Below the pieces are notes generated by a model. It saw nothing but the letters and a program-made list of their open reading frames with translations, ran no database searches and was not told the DNA's origin. Shown here one piece after another: positions 19,433-29,678 of a stretch of DNA of 64,000 bases. Both the position numbers and the translations under genes were made by a program. Within the stretch, counting starts at the first letter, position 1. The number at the start of each line of letters is the position of its first letter. Origin of the DNA: an uncultured candidate division Zixibacteria bacterium (lineage in GTDB: Bacteria; Zixibacteria; MSB-5A5; UBA10806; 4484-95); NCBI GenBank assembly GCA_963668625.2, contig CAXXKA010000008.1, positions 224,001-288,000 of the forward strand, given 5' to 3'.

Positions 19433-21772
19433 CTATTTCAAAAACAACATTTTTTTAGTTTCCGTAAATTCGCTCGTTTGTATCTTGTAAAAATAAATTC
19501 CCGATGATACATTACCGGCATTCCAGATAACTTCGTGATAACCCGCTGCCTGTTTTTCATTGACTAACGTTTCAATCTTACGACCCAAGAGATTGTAAAC
19601 CTCGATAGTCACATCAGATGTCTGCGCCAGATTATATTTTATAGCCGTTCTAGCATTGAACGGATTTGGATAGTTTTGAGACAACTCGAATGTTGCGGGT
19701 AAACCAGACGGATCATCATCAATTGCAACAAGTGAGTCATTAAACTCGAGGCAGAAAGCAAGCTCCTCATCTAACCGAGTCCATCGCTGCTCGACTAAAT
19801 CATACTGTATACCATTCCCTGAAAAGCCGGAATTTTGCCACTGGAAGTGACAGTCGTGTGTTCCATAATCCTCTATGATAATCCAGCCTCTTTCTAAATA
19901 AAAATTCCGATCCAATGGCGCCGTGAATTTATAATGAGGTAATCGCCATTCGTAGTATTCATGGCCGGTTCTCTCAGCCGAAGCAGTAACATCAAAAATC
20001 TCCACAGTATCTCCGGGCAAAAATGGGTTGTTGGGGTTATATTCACAGAAAATTATTTTAAACGGATAAGAATACGAATCAAACTCACAGGGAGAATCGG
20101 CGGTATCAGCATCTATATACATTCCCCACCAGGAAACTTGATTTATAGAATCGGATAAACCCTCAAAATCATCTGCACCTAAAAAACCGGCTTGAATATC
20201 AGATAAACAAAATTCCCAATGACCATACATCGTCGTAGGGTCTTGTCCCAGTATAGTGGATTCGCTGCAAGACTGCGGCAGAAGGCCGGTCACATTAATA
20301 ACATAAGTTCCCTCGAACCTGTAATCTACCGTCATAGGATACAGATAAGTACCTGGTGGAAGTGCCGGCCAATCAAAAAGTAAAGTCATATTAGGACAAT
20401 CGTCCGACATTGCATTTGGATCCAGTTGGCCTACTATCCACGGTGAATCAGAGCATGGGCAATCCTCGGTAAAACCATCCGTCATCCTAAGATAGTGAAC
20501 AATATTGGTATTACCGCAGTAATCAAGCTGAACATCCATAGTATCTTCAAGTGTAAACTTGATCCAAACATGCCGTCTCGGCAGATCACGGTGTAAGGAC
20601 GGACAATCAGTGAGAGCACCCGTATTATCGCCCATGAATTGTACGGTTTCATTCGGCCTTAGTATCCCGCCATCAATTGCATTTTCGCAGTTTTCGTTTG
20701 CCGGAGTCGGAACGGGCACGATAGTTAGTTTACCTTCAGTTTGAGTTCCTTCATGTCCAATTTCGATCAAGTATTGTTGTCCCGCGATCGCGTCAAAAAT
20801 AAGTCCCGGGCTCTCTGAGTATTCACTACTTATATTTATAGGATTATAGTCGGGAGTGAAGACCTTCAAAGTATAATCGCCATGATCTATTGGATAATTT
20901 GCGCCTGAAACAATTATGTAATAAGTTTCATCCGCAAAAACAGGAATATTATAAGCCGCTACTCCGCGCACGCCAACCTCTGAATCGTAGTAATTGGCAT
21001 AATTTTGACAGGCTAATTCTTCACCATCGGGACCCAGGATTTGCACGGCCGTAAAATATTGATTTTCAAAATCATTTAAAACCGAGGGGCAAAGGATAAT
21101 GGCGAGTAAATCATCGGCGGTAGCAGTATATGAATAGACGACGTCGGGAGCAGATGACCACGGAGAACAGGATGAAGTATAGTCGCCAACATATCCATCG
21201 GTTGTGCCGGTGTGAACTACCGGTAGAGGATCGGAAATCGGCGAAGCCGTTTCTATCGTTTCGCCGCCCTGATACTCTACAGGGGCTGGAAAGGTTTCAA
21301 ACACGGGGCAATCGGAACCGTCATATATCGCAAATGAATTTCGGCTTTGCCTTCCATATATAAGGCTATCGGTTATAACCTGAACCCGGCTGGTAGTTGA
21401 GGCAGTATACAGATACCAAATATCAGGTAGGGTTATGAAATCGCTGCCGCCGAGCGTGGCTTCTCCAAAACTGATTGGTAGATCCTGCACATCGCCAATC
21501 TCAATAGCGTTAATACAATCATCATTAACGGGAACATCCAAAATAGTACCGCTTTTAACAGGTGGAGGCGGCAGGGAATTACCTGAACGCAATATATATC
21601 CATCTGGTTCTCTCTCTATAATTACTGGTTGATCCGAATAACCGTCGGATATATATATCAGGGTATCTTTTTGAACTACATCCGACTCGGAAATTCCGAG
21701 TTTATCAGATGCTCCGGCAATTAAAACCAAAGTAATTGCCAGGGTTAGTGACATCAGTAAAATCTTTTTCAT
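19433..21772 (-). CDS. Secreted multidomain protein with T9SS-type-A-like CTD; paralog of 13166..15511
   Basis: Signal peptide; NDDCINA, GGETIETA, APDVVYSYTA, GQDP...SWWG; LSQNYPNPFNART. Confidence 0.88.
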   Translation of the reverse strand: MKKILLMSLTLAITLVLIAGASDKLGISESDVVQKDTLIYISDGYSDQPVIIEREPDGYILRSGNSLPPPPVKSGTILDVPVNDDCINAIEIGDVQDLPISFGEATLGGSDFITLPDIWYLYTASTTSRVQVITDSLIYGRQSRNSFAIYDGSDCPVFETFPAPVEYQGGETIETASPISDPLPVVHTGTTDGYVGDYTSSCSPWSSAPDVVYSYTATADDLLAIILCPSVLNDFENQYFTAVQILGPDGEELACQNYANYYDSEVGVRGVAAYNIPVFADETYYIIVSGANYPIDHGDYTLKVFTPDYNPINISSEYSESPGLIFDAIAGQQYLIEIGHEGTQTEGKLTIVPVPTPANENCENAIDGGILRPNETVQFMGDNTGALTDCPSLHRDLPRRHVWIKFTLEDTMDVQLDYCGNTNIVHYLRMTDGFTEDCPCSDSPWIVGQLDPNAMSDDCPNMTLLFDWPALPPGTYLYPMTVDYRFEGTYVINVTGLLPQSCSESTILGQDPTTMYGHWEFCLSDIQAGFLGADDFEGLSDSINQVSWWGMYIDADTADSPCEFDSYSYPFKIIFCEYNPNNPFLPGDTVEIFDVTASAERTGHEYYEWRLPHYKFTAPLDRNFYLERGWIIIEDYGTHDCHFQWQNSGFSGNGIQYDLVEQRWTRLDEELAFCLEFNDSLVAIDDDPSGLPATFELSQNYPNPFNARTAIKYNLAQTSDVTIEVYNLLGRKIETLVNEKQAAGYHEVIWNAGNVSSGIYFYKIQTSEFTETKKMLFLK

Positions 21773-21854
21773 ATTTTCCTCCTGCTGAAAAGTTTACAAA
21801 TTTACTGGAATTATCTAAATCATCTAAAATGCTGCTATTTGATCCTGATAGTAT

Positions 21855-22775
21855 CTACGTCTTATCATCTTGTTTAACTTTAATATCCTCCGACTCGTAT
21901 AAATAATATTTTTTGTTATCGACGACGTAATAATCCCTGGCTTTCTCCCAGACCGATTCAAACAACAACTTAAAACTTTTAGCCATTGCTTCATGTTTAG
22001 TAACAAGCATCGTTAATGATGTTTTCGTTTTAATGGGATCCTCAAGAGCGAAGAAACAAACCTCTTGATCAAACACAAATAATTTAACGGGAAGTTCATC
22101 GACGAATCTAGTGTCGAGATCCCTTGTGCGCCCTTCAATGAATTCTTCAGTAGAACTCAGCTCATCATTAAAATAGCTCATTATTAATTCTTCAGTTGGC
22201 ATTTGAACAACAGCCCGGGGGATAACGTTTCTATTAAAGGCAGCAATCTGAGTCTTCCTTTGCTCAACTATTTGTTCACTTGTAGCATAAGTAAACGGCG
22301 GTTTAGTGAATCCTAAGACCTCAGTTTGGGCTTTGGAAAATAATTCGATGAATTTGCGGTGAATTTGGTTTGGGTTTTTAATAATTTCTATGTAATCAAG
22401 CGGGCCGGTAACCTTGTTTTCCTCAGGATAAATATCCACCAGCTTTTTTTTCAAAGTCAGAGTGATTTTCTGAATATTCTCTTCTTTGTTATCCCACTCT
22501 CTTCTCCCGCTGGCAATTAAATTTTCTCTGAGTGAATCAATATTGATTGCGCTGTATTTCTTCAATTTGCCGGGCTTATAACTTGCTATTCCTTTTTTGA
22601 CCAGAGTATCGAGGACATCGTAGATTCTACCTCTCGGCACCCCTGATATCTTACTCACATCGGCCGTGTTCAGTGAGCTTCTCTCTAACAGAGCAAGATA
22701 CGCCTTGGCCTCGTAAACACTCAATCCAAGCTCATTTAGATATTTAATCAATGAATCTTGCGCTTTCATAAGCAT
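21855..22775 (-). CDS. TrmB-family transcriptional regulator (copy 4)
   Basis: LGLSVYEAKAYLALL...VPRGRIYDVLDTL; LPVKLFVFD...FESVWEKA. Confidence 0.9.
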   Translation of the reverse strand: MLMKAQDSLIKYLNELGLSVYEAKAYLALLERSSLNTADVSKISGVPRGRIYDVLDTLVKKGIASYKPGKLKKYSAINIDSLRENLIASGRREWDNKEENIQKITLTLKKKLVDIYPEENKVTGPLDYIEIIKNPNQIHRKFIELFSKAQTEVLGFTKPPFTYATSEQIVEQRKTQIAAFNRNVIPRAVVQMPTEELIMSYFNDELSSTEEFIEGRTRDLDTRFVDELPVKLFVFDQEVCFFALEDPIKTKTSLTMLVTKHEAMAKSFKLLFESVWEKARDYYVVDNKKYYLYESEDIKVKQDDKT

Positions 22776-22836
22776 CTTTCACTTAGGTTTTCATTCGCTT
22801 TATTCATACTTTTATTGAAGGTCTCAACTTTTATTA

Positions 22837-22881
22837 ACCACTATATAGTGGTGAATATATAAAATGACGGAATAATGTCAA
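22837..22881 (-). promoter_or_regulatory. sigma70-type promoter and palindrome of TrmB copy 4
   Basis: TTGACA-N16-TATATT (22881-22854); perfect 16-bp palindrome ACCACTATATAGTGGT at 22837-22852. Confidence 0.75.
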
Positions 22882-22976
22882 GTAATAATTCATAACTGTA
22901 TGTACTACTATGTATTACGGGACACTGCTACATGAAGGGAAACTGAATATAATGTATATTAGAGCATCATCAACAC

Positions 22977-23002
22977 AAAAAAGGCGGCCTTTCGACCGCC
23001 TT
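22977..23002 (-). terminator. Intrinsic terminator
   Basis: AAGGCGG-tcgaaagg-CCGCCTT followed by TTTT on the minus strand. Confidence 0.75.
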
Positions 23003-23075
23003 ATCGTTACCCGTAAAGTAGAGCAATTAGTATTATGCTGAATCGGAATTGATATCCCGTTCAGAGCAAGATGGG

Positions 23076-25895
23076 CTATTCACAGTTTGGCCAACCGGAG
23101 GGAGCATCAATTGGTAAATCCTCAGGTGTCGGCCAGGCAGTTTCGTAATCCGGGCAATATTGAAGATCACCAGCGCCTCGGAAATATTGCACCAGATAGG
23201 TAACATCAGCACCGATTACTGAACAGTCTCCGTTAGCATCAGCCGAATTATAGAAACCACCGACCAGACATGGCGCGGCGATAGCCCGGAAATAGTTCAC
23301 CAGGTAGGTGACATCCGCGCCGATTACATTCGGCGGCCACGAGCCGGCAGCCATGTTGGCATCACCGGGGAGGTATTCGTAAGTGTTGCCGTTAGTTGTA
23401 CCAAACAGGCAGAAAGCGAGATCGCCATAGACTTCGGATATTGTCCAGGCGCCATCGTCAATTTTATAGTAAGCGGTGGAACCGGTTTGAGAATCCGTGG
23501 TCAGCCAGTATGTCGGGGATGACTCTGTTCTGCAGGCCAGGGAATAGGTGCCCGCCGGCAATTCGATATCGAGATTATCTAATTGATAGGCATAGACAAT
23601 GAAACCCTCACCGTACTCATACCCGGTTGATACTCTAGTACAGGCCGCGCCGGTACTTTCATAAAGCACCTCACCCGGTACACCACCGTCATTAGCAATG
23701 ATTTGATAATCGGCGGCATCATTGAAATACGGTTCATTATAATTACTGGCTGCGCAGATAAATTTTACACTTTGCAGCGTGATATCCTCCGTGATAGTGA
23801 AATCATCGCAGGCATAGTATTCACCCCCATATTCAGTATCACGAAAAGATTCAACAGCACCTTCATAGTTAGGACCGCCATTTGTGTAGTAGGAGTCTTC
23901 GCAAGGATCAGGAATCCTGTCGATATCAAGAGTATAGCTCCCGCATTCAAAACCAGAGTAACTATCAATGGTTAGATAGTATATACCTGCCTCAAGTCCC
24001 GATACGAAAAGTTTATGATGCCCATTACCGCAATCAGCATCAATATAATTGATATCGTTTTCGCAGATTGAGGCGCCGAGATACACAGCGGACATCCACT
24101 GAGAAGCGCTATTGCAGAGAGAAAAATACCAATTGCCGGTAGTAGGGATAGTTACCTCATAAATCTGGTCTTCACCTTCATACTGAAGATAACAATCGTT
24201 GCCGGCACCGCATGTTGTACTCATTCCGGAGTAAGGCGCTGTAATAACAAAGTCCGGGTCCGGTGGTTCGGGGCAATCCACACCCGTAACATTTACTGTG
24301 TATGGTCCGCCTATACCGTTTGTTGCCCAAACTGGATAGTAGTAAGTTCCCGGTTGAATATCGTACCAGACGAAAACGGGATTATTGTTTTCGCAACTGG
24401 ATGATTGTGATGGAAACAAATAATTATAACAATCGCAGTCGGTGTGCAAATTTTGAGAAGCTTGCCAAATACTACTATTATCATCACAGTAATCTATAGT
24501 AACGTTCATACAGGATTCAACCGTGAATTGTATCCAAACCTCTGAAAACATATTAACATCACAATCCAGCGTCGCGCCGGTGCTGTTACCTGTATACTGA
24601 ACCGGAACACCTGATTGAAGCGTACCACCATCATCGGCATCCGTACAGTCATCATTAGAAGGGGTATCAGGCGCTTCATTTATTGTTAGTCTACCATTGC
24701 CTGATGAACCATCCTGGCTACCGATCTCTATCAGGTATTGCTGACCTGTCACAACATCAATATCGAATCGTGTTTCACTGGTACAGCCAAGTTCTGTTGG
24801 TAATGGTGAGCAGCTATAGCCATCATAAACCGCCATTTGGATATTGAACATAGTTTCGCTGAGCTCTATAAGAGCGGTACCGGTAAATGATGGTGTGTAA
24901 ACGAACCAGATATTCGGCCCCTCGCTAATGCAGTTGCCGCTGCCATCGTATACCGCGCCGCGAGTGGAAAAATCTAATTCCGAGACCTCGCCTATAGCAG
25001 CAGCGTCACCGCAATCATCGTTATCGGGAAGTAAGGGGCAGTCTGTACCGGTAACATTTACAGTATAATCCCCCTCGGAAATTATAGGATAGTAATACGT
25101 ACCGGCTTCCAAGTTATACCAGGTCAATGAGGGATTTCCCATCATGCCACAGTAAGTTAAATTATTATTTTCAAGTGCGCCACCGCAGGGGCATTCGCTA
25201 TACAACTGATTGATGTAACTATAAACCATATTCATATCATCACAGTAGTCAATCGTAACATCCATACAGGAGGTGATCGTAAATTTAATCCAGACCTCAG
25301 GATTCCAGAGTTCCCCACAGTCTTGCGTCGCACTAATTGCACTACCACTGAGTTGTTCACTCTGATCGGCGACAAGGGTACCGGCATCCGTAGCGTCTTC
25401 GCAATCATCATTTTCCGGAGGCGGCGGGCAGTCAACGCCGGTAATGTTGACTACGTAGGAACCGGCTTTCCCGTCATTGTCTTCTATGGAATAATAGTAT
25501 GTGCCTGCTTGCAAACCATTCCAGGTTAGCGATGGGCTATCATTTGAAGAGCAGATACCCCATTCGCTGGCATATGATGCGTTGTTACAGGGACATCCAC
25601 CATATACTATCGATGATGAACTAGTTGGATTGCTAGGATCATCGCAGAAATCGATAGTAACATCCATGCAGGATTCGATAGTGAATTTAACCCAGACCTC
25701 AGGCACAGAATCCTCTCCACAATCATCTGTGGCATCTATTGTAGTTCCACTAAGTTGTTCAGTTTCACCAGCCACAAGAGTTCCGGCGTCGGTCGCGTAG
25801 GCGCAGTCATCATTGGGTGGCGGATCCGCTAATACACCAACAGGCAATAAACAACACAAGGTTAAAATCAACGTTAGAATTAAAGCTTTTTTCAT
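23076..25895 (-). CDS. Secreted Cys-rich multidomain protein ('NDDC.DA' domains) with dockerin-like tail
   Basis: Signal peptide; repeated PPxNDDC..A.DAGTL...EVWxKFT..CMDVTIDxCD...GTYYY domains; YLPGDANMAAGSWPP tail. Confidence 0.88.
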   Translation of the reverse strand: MKKALILTLILTLCCLLPVGVLADPPPNDDCAYATDAGTLVAGETEQLSGTTIDATDDCGEDSVPEVWVKFTIESCMDVTIDFCDDPSNPTSSSSIVYGGCPCNNASYASEWGICSSNDSPSLTWNGLQAGTYYYSIEDNDGKAGSYVVNITGVDCPPPPENDDCEDATDAGTLVADQSEQLSGSAISATQDCGELWNPEVWIKFTITSCMDVTIDYCDDMNMVYSYINQLYSECPCGGALENNNLTYCGMMGNPSLTWYNLEAGTYYYPIISEGDYTVNVTGTDCPLLPDNDDCGDAAAIGEVSELDFSTRGAVYDGSGNCISEGPNIWFVYTPSFTGTALIELSETMFNIQMAVYDGYSCSPLPTELGCTSETRFDIDVVTGQQYLIEIGSQDGSSGNGRLTINEAPDTPSNDDCTDADDGGTLQSGVPVQYTGNSTGATLDCDVNMFSEVWIQFTVESCMNVTIDYCDDNSSIWQASQNLHTDCDCYNYLFPSQSSSCENNNPVFVWYDIQPGTYYYPVWATNGIGGPYTVNVTGVDCPEPPDPDFVITAPYSGMSTTCGAGNDCYLQYEGEDQIYEVTIPTTGNWYFSLCNSASQWMSAVYLGASICENDINYIDADCGNGHHKLFVSGLEAGIYYLTIDSYSGFECGSYTLDIDRIPDPCEDSYYTNGGPNYEGAVESFRDTEYGGEYYACDDFTITEDITLQSVKFICAASNYNEPYFNDAADYQIIANDGGVPGEVLYESTGAACTRVSTGYEYGEGFIVYAYQLDNLDIELPAGTYSLACRTESSPTYWLTTDSQTGSTAYYKIDDGAWTISEVYGDLAFCLFGTTNGNTYEYLPGDANMAAGSWPPNVIGADVTYLVNYFRAIAAPCLVGGFYNSADANGDCSVIGADVTYLVQYFRGAGDLQYCPDYETAWPTPEDLPIDAPSGWPNCE

Positions 25896-25962
25896 GTTTG
25901 ATCTCCTTAAGAAATTAAGGACTTGATTACTTCCAATTTAGTTGTTAGTTTTAATGAAGCGT

Positions 25963-26043
25963 CGGAATTAAAATCCCGCCGCGATTCTTTTGGGCTGTCA
26001 GGTGAACTCACCTGACAGTTTTTTTGCCTGATTTTCCTGGTTA
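25963..26043. promoter_or_regulatory. Conserved two-hairpin intergenic element (copy E)
   Basis: CGGAATT/AATCCCG imperfect stem; CTGTCAGGTGA-ac-TCACCTGACAG; T7 run; GCCTGATTTTCCTGGTTA. Confidence 0.6.
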
Positions 26044-26240
26044 ATTTGTTTTCATCTTATAAATTAAATTACTTTAAAATTGATTCAGTACCGAACATCC
26101 CGGGTTTGTAGGTTAAGGGACTAACGCTATATTTAGTAGCGATAGTCCCGTTTTTTAGTTATTCGAAATACTTGTTTGTTTCCTTTTTTACTTCACTTAA
26201 ACGTTTCTTTAAAAACCTGATGATTTAAAATTATATCCCA

Positions 26241-29200
26241 CTATTTTATCAGCAGCATTTTTTGGGTCTCAGTAAATTCGCCGGCTTGTATCTTATAGAA
26301 ATAGATACCGGATGAAACATCCGAGGCATCCCAAATTGCGGAATGGCGACCGGCACCCAGTCGTCCCGATACTAAATTGTCAACCTCCTGCCCTAGCATA
26401 TTGTAAATGACTAACTCGACATCGCTATCATGAGGTAAAGCGAACTCGATTAATGTCTGGGCGTTGAACGGATTGGGATAGTTATGAGCCAGGTTGTAGC
26501 TTGTCGGCAATTCATTACCGTGATCATCGAATATACCGGTCTGAAGGTCGAGGGTAACCGGCACGCTGATCGGATCGAGAGCTATGTTCACATCATTGGA
26601 GGCGATATAAAGGTTACCCTGGTAAATCCTCGGATCAAGACTGGTAGCATCCAGGTTGATATCGACTGTAATCTGGCTTCCGGCCGGAACGGTTCCACTT
26701 GCAGGCTCGGCATAAAGCCATGGCATCTGAATCAGTGTGGCCAGGCCGCTATATGCATAGTTATCACAGTATGCTACCTGCGAGGCGATTTCTCCGGTTC
26801 CATTTTGTATACCTGTGATCATTGAGGCCACCGGACCTTGCATGTCTTCATACTGGAAAAGTATCCGGCCGTCAGAGTATAGAATTACTTGGAATGTGTA
26901 GTATGGGCCGAAATTAATCAAATCCATGTAATTAAGGTCACTCCAGGTAATCACGGCCATATCGTCGTCAGCATACCAGGTGATCTTGGATGATTCGTTA
27001 ACATTTAAGTTGAAATCTGACCAGAAAGGGGCTACTACATTTTTAGGCAAATCTTCGTTAGGGATCCCCGGAAGCAGCCCACCTGAGCCGCGAGGGTATA
27101 GCTCGCTGTCGGTAAAAGAGATATAACCTGTTGAGGAGACATATAAAGAATTGAACATTTGACCATAGAAAGGAAATTCAAACTCCAGTTGAAGCGGCCC
27201 TGTTATTTCGAGAGTATTTAAATTTAACTCCTGATGTAAGGCAGGGCTTACCCAGCTGTACTCAGGACCATGAATTTCATCCGAATCGATCCAGACATAA
27301 CCGAATTCATCAGGACCGTTGTAACCCATTACCCTCGGGAGATCGTCTGCGTTATAAGACAGGGATGTTTGACCTGCGCTCAGGTTCGGCCGTTCAAGAT
27401 AATCAACATCGGCAGCTCTTCTTTCAAGGTTGATATTATTTATAGTAGTCGGCATTATGGTAAAGTCGACATCGAGATCACCGTCATTGGTCAGGGTAAG
27501 CTGGGTCGTATATATATCACCCGAGGTAGTATCCATCTGAATAGATTCTCTGTCGACAACCAATTGCCCGCCGGAGGCCGGAGTAGCTGAAACCTCAATG
27601 GCGGGTTCTGATTCAACAATCTCATCGCCGGTGTCATAAGCAGCAGTTACAGCATAGTAGTAAGTTGTGCCGTTACTAACATCTTCATCGTTATATGAAG
27701 TCTCGGTCGTTTGTTCAACAATCCGGTTGCTTTCAGTAATGTCTACATTTGGTTGGGTATCACGGTAGATATTGTAGCCTAAGAAGTCAGCCTCCAGGGT
27801 TGAGGCAATAAGCGGATTTTCAGGATCAGGATCATTGATAGTCAGAACAGTATTAATGGTGTGGGTTCTGATACTGGCACGGATCATCATATCTCCCTGG
27901 TCCGCGTACGCACCTGGTTCATGGTGCCAGATGTCCGCTTCATCGCGCCACCACATCTTTGCGATATGATTTGCCCTTCTATCCTGGCCGAGGAAATCAT
28001 AATTGAATTGGCTATCACTGATGTTATTAAACGAAACCCAAAACTTTTCAGTCTCAATTATAATGGGCGGATCGAAAACATGAAAAATCCATTCACCGTA
28101 ATTAGCGATATCGGTAATATCGGCAAGCATGTTACCGGGAGAACCATCACCGGCATCATCGAAAACTTTAATCTGTACCGAATCGTGAACAGGGTAAACC
28201 ATTTCTCCCCAGCCGGCATCGCCTGCAGTGGGAACATGAACGAAAACCGTACAAACCTGAATAGGAGGCAAGGCTTCGAATTCCATAGCATGCAAATTAT
28301 CCGAATCATAAAATCCCGCTCCACAGTTACCATCATCATAGGCCAGCAATGTACATGGAGGGGTTCCCGGTTCATACCAGTGCAAGGGTACAACATTATT
28401 CTGGTCGTTTGCCGTACTCAATTCGATTGGCGGCAGGAATTCAGCCCATACCTCAAAATCAACTGTCAGCGTGTCGTTGAAATTGTTTTCATCCGTAACG
28501 AGAGAACTTACAGCCGTTAAGATATATGTGCCTTGAGTAATGGGGGCGTATTCGGGAAATGTAATATCAGTTATGGCGTTAGACTCCAGATCGTTGATGA
28601 TTTGGGTTTCAGCATACACAATGGCATCGTTAAACGATATTGTTAAACTCACATCGAAAGAAGCCGACTGGGCGCCCATGTTGTCAAATGTAACTACCGG
28701 CGCAAACGGTTCGGATACCTGCAACACGCCGATCGGCGCCGTAAATGCCCTCGGCATCACATCATAATCTAAAAGAGGTTCAGGGTAAATAAGGATGGCC
28801 ATATTGTCATGAATGTATTCTTCCCAATATGCTATTTCCAGGCCATCAGTACCATCGATATTTTCAATGCCAATAGTTGATTGCTCGAGATGTCCGAATT
28901 CACCGGGATCCATAGAACCGTATTGGAGAAGGATTTTACCATCAGGATAGAGTATAGCCTGAAAATTAAGCGCGCCGTTGTGCCAAAATAGAGGCACGCC
29001 TTCATATGACACTATAAAACGATTGCCGGGCTCATCATAGTAATAGTAGATATGCCCATAACCTTCCATATCGTAAGGAGATATCCCCAGGTTATTCCAT
29101 AAAATAGCAATAAAATTATTAGGAGATCTATTGTACGGAATCATCATATTAACCGGGGAAAATATATCAGTATCAAAAACCAGACATCCATCCTCGACAA

Positions 29201-29510
29201 TGCCAACAGTTTCATAAGTATTGTTATAGAAAGGAAAACTAAAACCGATATAATACGGTCCATTGTATTCATCCACCTGGGTTATAATTTCTGTTCCTAT
29301 TTCAGAAATATCAACCCATTCATATTCCGGTCCCCACGATTCGTCGGAATCAATCCAGCGATAGCCGAATAAATCTGGGCCGTTAAAATCATTAACTACC
29401 GGTAAATCTGTCGATTCTTGAACGACAACGTTCTCACCAGCCAAAGCGCCTGATATTGCCAGTACAACAATAATTAAGGCGGTTACCAAAAGCTTTCCTG
29501 ATTTACTCAT
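26241..29510 (-). CDS. Large secreted protein: two 'GPDxFGYxWIDSD' domains, Ig/FN3-like domains, T9SS-type-A-like CTD
   Basis: Signal peptide; duplicated GPD(L/E)FGYxWIDSDE...FQxILYxDGxILxQY domain; FN3-like GYNIYRD...YYYAVTA; LAHNYPNPFNAQT. Confidence 0.88.
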   Translation of the reverse strand: MSKSGKLLVTALIIVVLAISGALAGENVVVQESTDLPVVNDFNGPDLFGYRWIDSDESWGPEYEWVDISEIGTEIITQVDEYNGPYYIGFSFPFYNNTYETVGIVEDGCLVFDTDIFSPVNMMIPYNRSPNNFIAILWNNLGISPYDMEGYGHIYYYYDEPGNRFIVSYEGVPLFWHNGALNFQAILYPDGKILLQYGSMDPGEFGHLEQSTIGIENIDGTDGLEIAYWEEYIHDNMAILIYPEPLLDYDVMPRAFTAPIGVLQVSEPFAPVVTFDNMGAQSASFDVSLTISFNDAIVYAETQIINDLESNAITDITFPEYAPITQGTYILTAVSSLVTDENNFNDTLTVDFEVWAEFLPPIELSTANDQNNVVPLHWYEPGTPPCTLLAYDDGNCGAGFYDSDNLHAMEFEALPPIQVCTVFVHVPTAGDAGWGEMVYPVHDSVQIKVFDDAGDGSPGNMLADITDIANYGEWIFHVFDPPIIIETEKFWVSFNNISDSQFNYDFLGQDRRANHIAKMWWRDEADIWHHEPGAYADQGDMMIRASIRTHTINTVLTINDPDPENPLIASTLEADFLGYNIYRDTQPNVDITESNRIVEQTTETSYNDEDVSNGTTYYYAVTAAYDTGDEIVESEPAIEVSATPASGGQLVVDRESIQMDTTSGDIYTTQLTLTNDGDLDVDFTIMPTTINNINLERRAADVDYLERPNLSAGQTSLSYNADDLPRVMGYNGPDEFGYVWIDSDEIHGPEYSWVSPALHQELNLNTLEITGPLQLEFEFPFYGQMFNSLYVSSTGYISFTDSELYPRGSGGLLPGIPNEDLPKNVVAPFWSDFNLNVNESSKITWYADDDMAVITWSDLNYMDLINFGPYYTFQVILYSDGRILFQYEDMQGPVASMITGIQNGTGEIASQVAYCDNYAYSGLATLIQMPWLYAEPASGTVPAGSQITVDINLDATSLDPRIYQGNLYIASNDVNIALDPISVPVTLDLQTGIFDDHGNELPTSYNLAHNYPNPFNAQTLIEFALPHDSDVELVIYNMLGQEVDNLVSGRLGAGRHSAIWDASDVSSGIYFYKIQAGEFTETQKMLLIK

Positions 29511-29678
29511 AATTCCTTCACTTTACATTTTGTTGGTTATTCCTATTTTCCTCCGTTTTGTCAACTTTCTCCATTTTCCTCCATGTAGCTGTATCAGTAT
29601 TTGTATTTATTTAGTCACAGTTATTATCGATTATTTTATCCTAAACTCCTTTTCTCTTTGACTCCTTAATGCCTCCTT

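Noticed and set aside
5509-23375. Near-identical C-terminal repeats as DGR template and variable regions
   Set aside because: There is no reverse transcriptase in the window, and differences in the core are synonymous and not adenine-specific.
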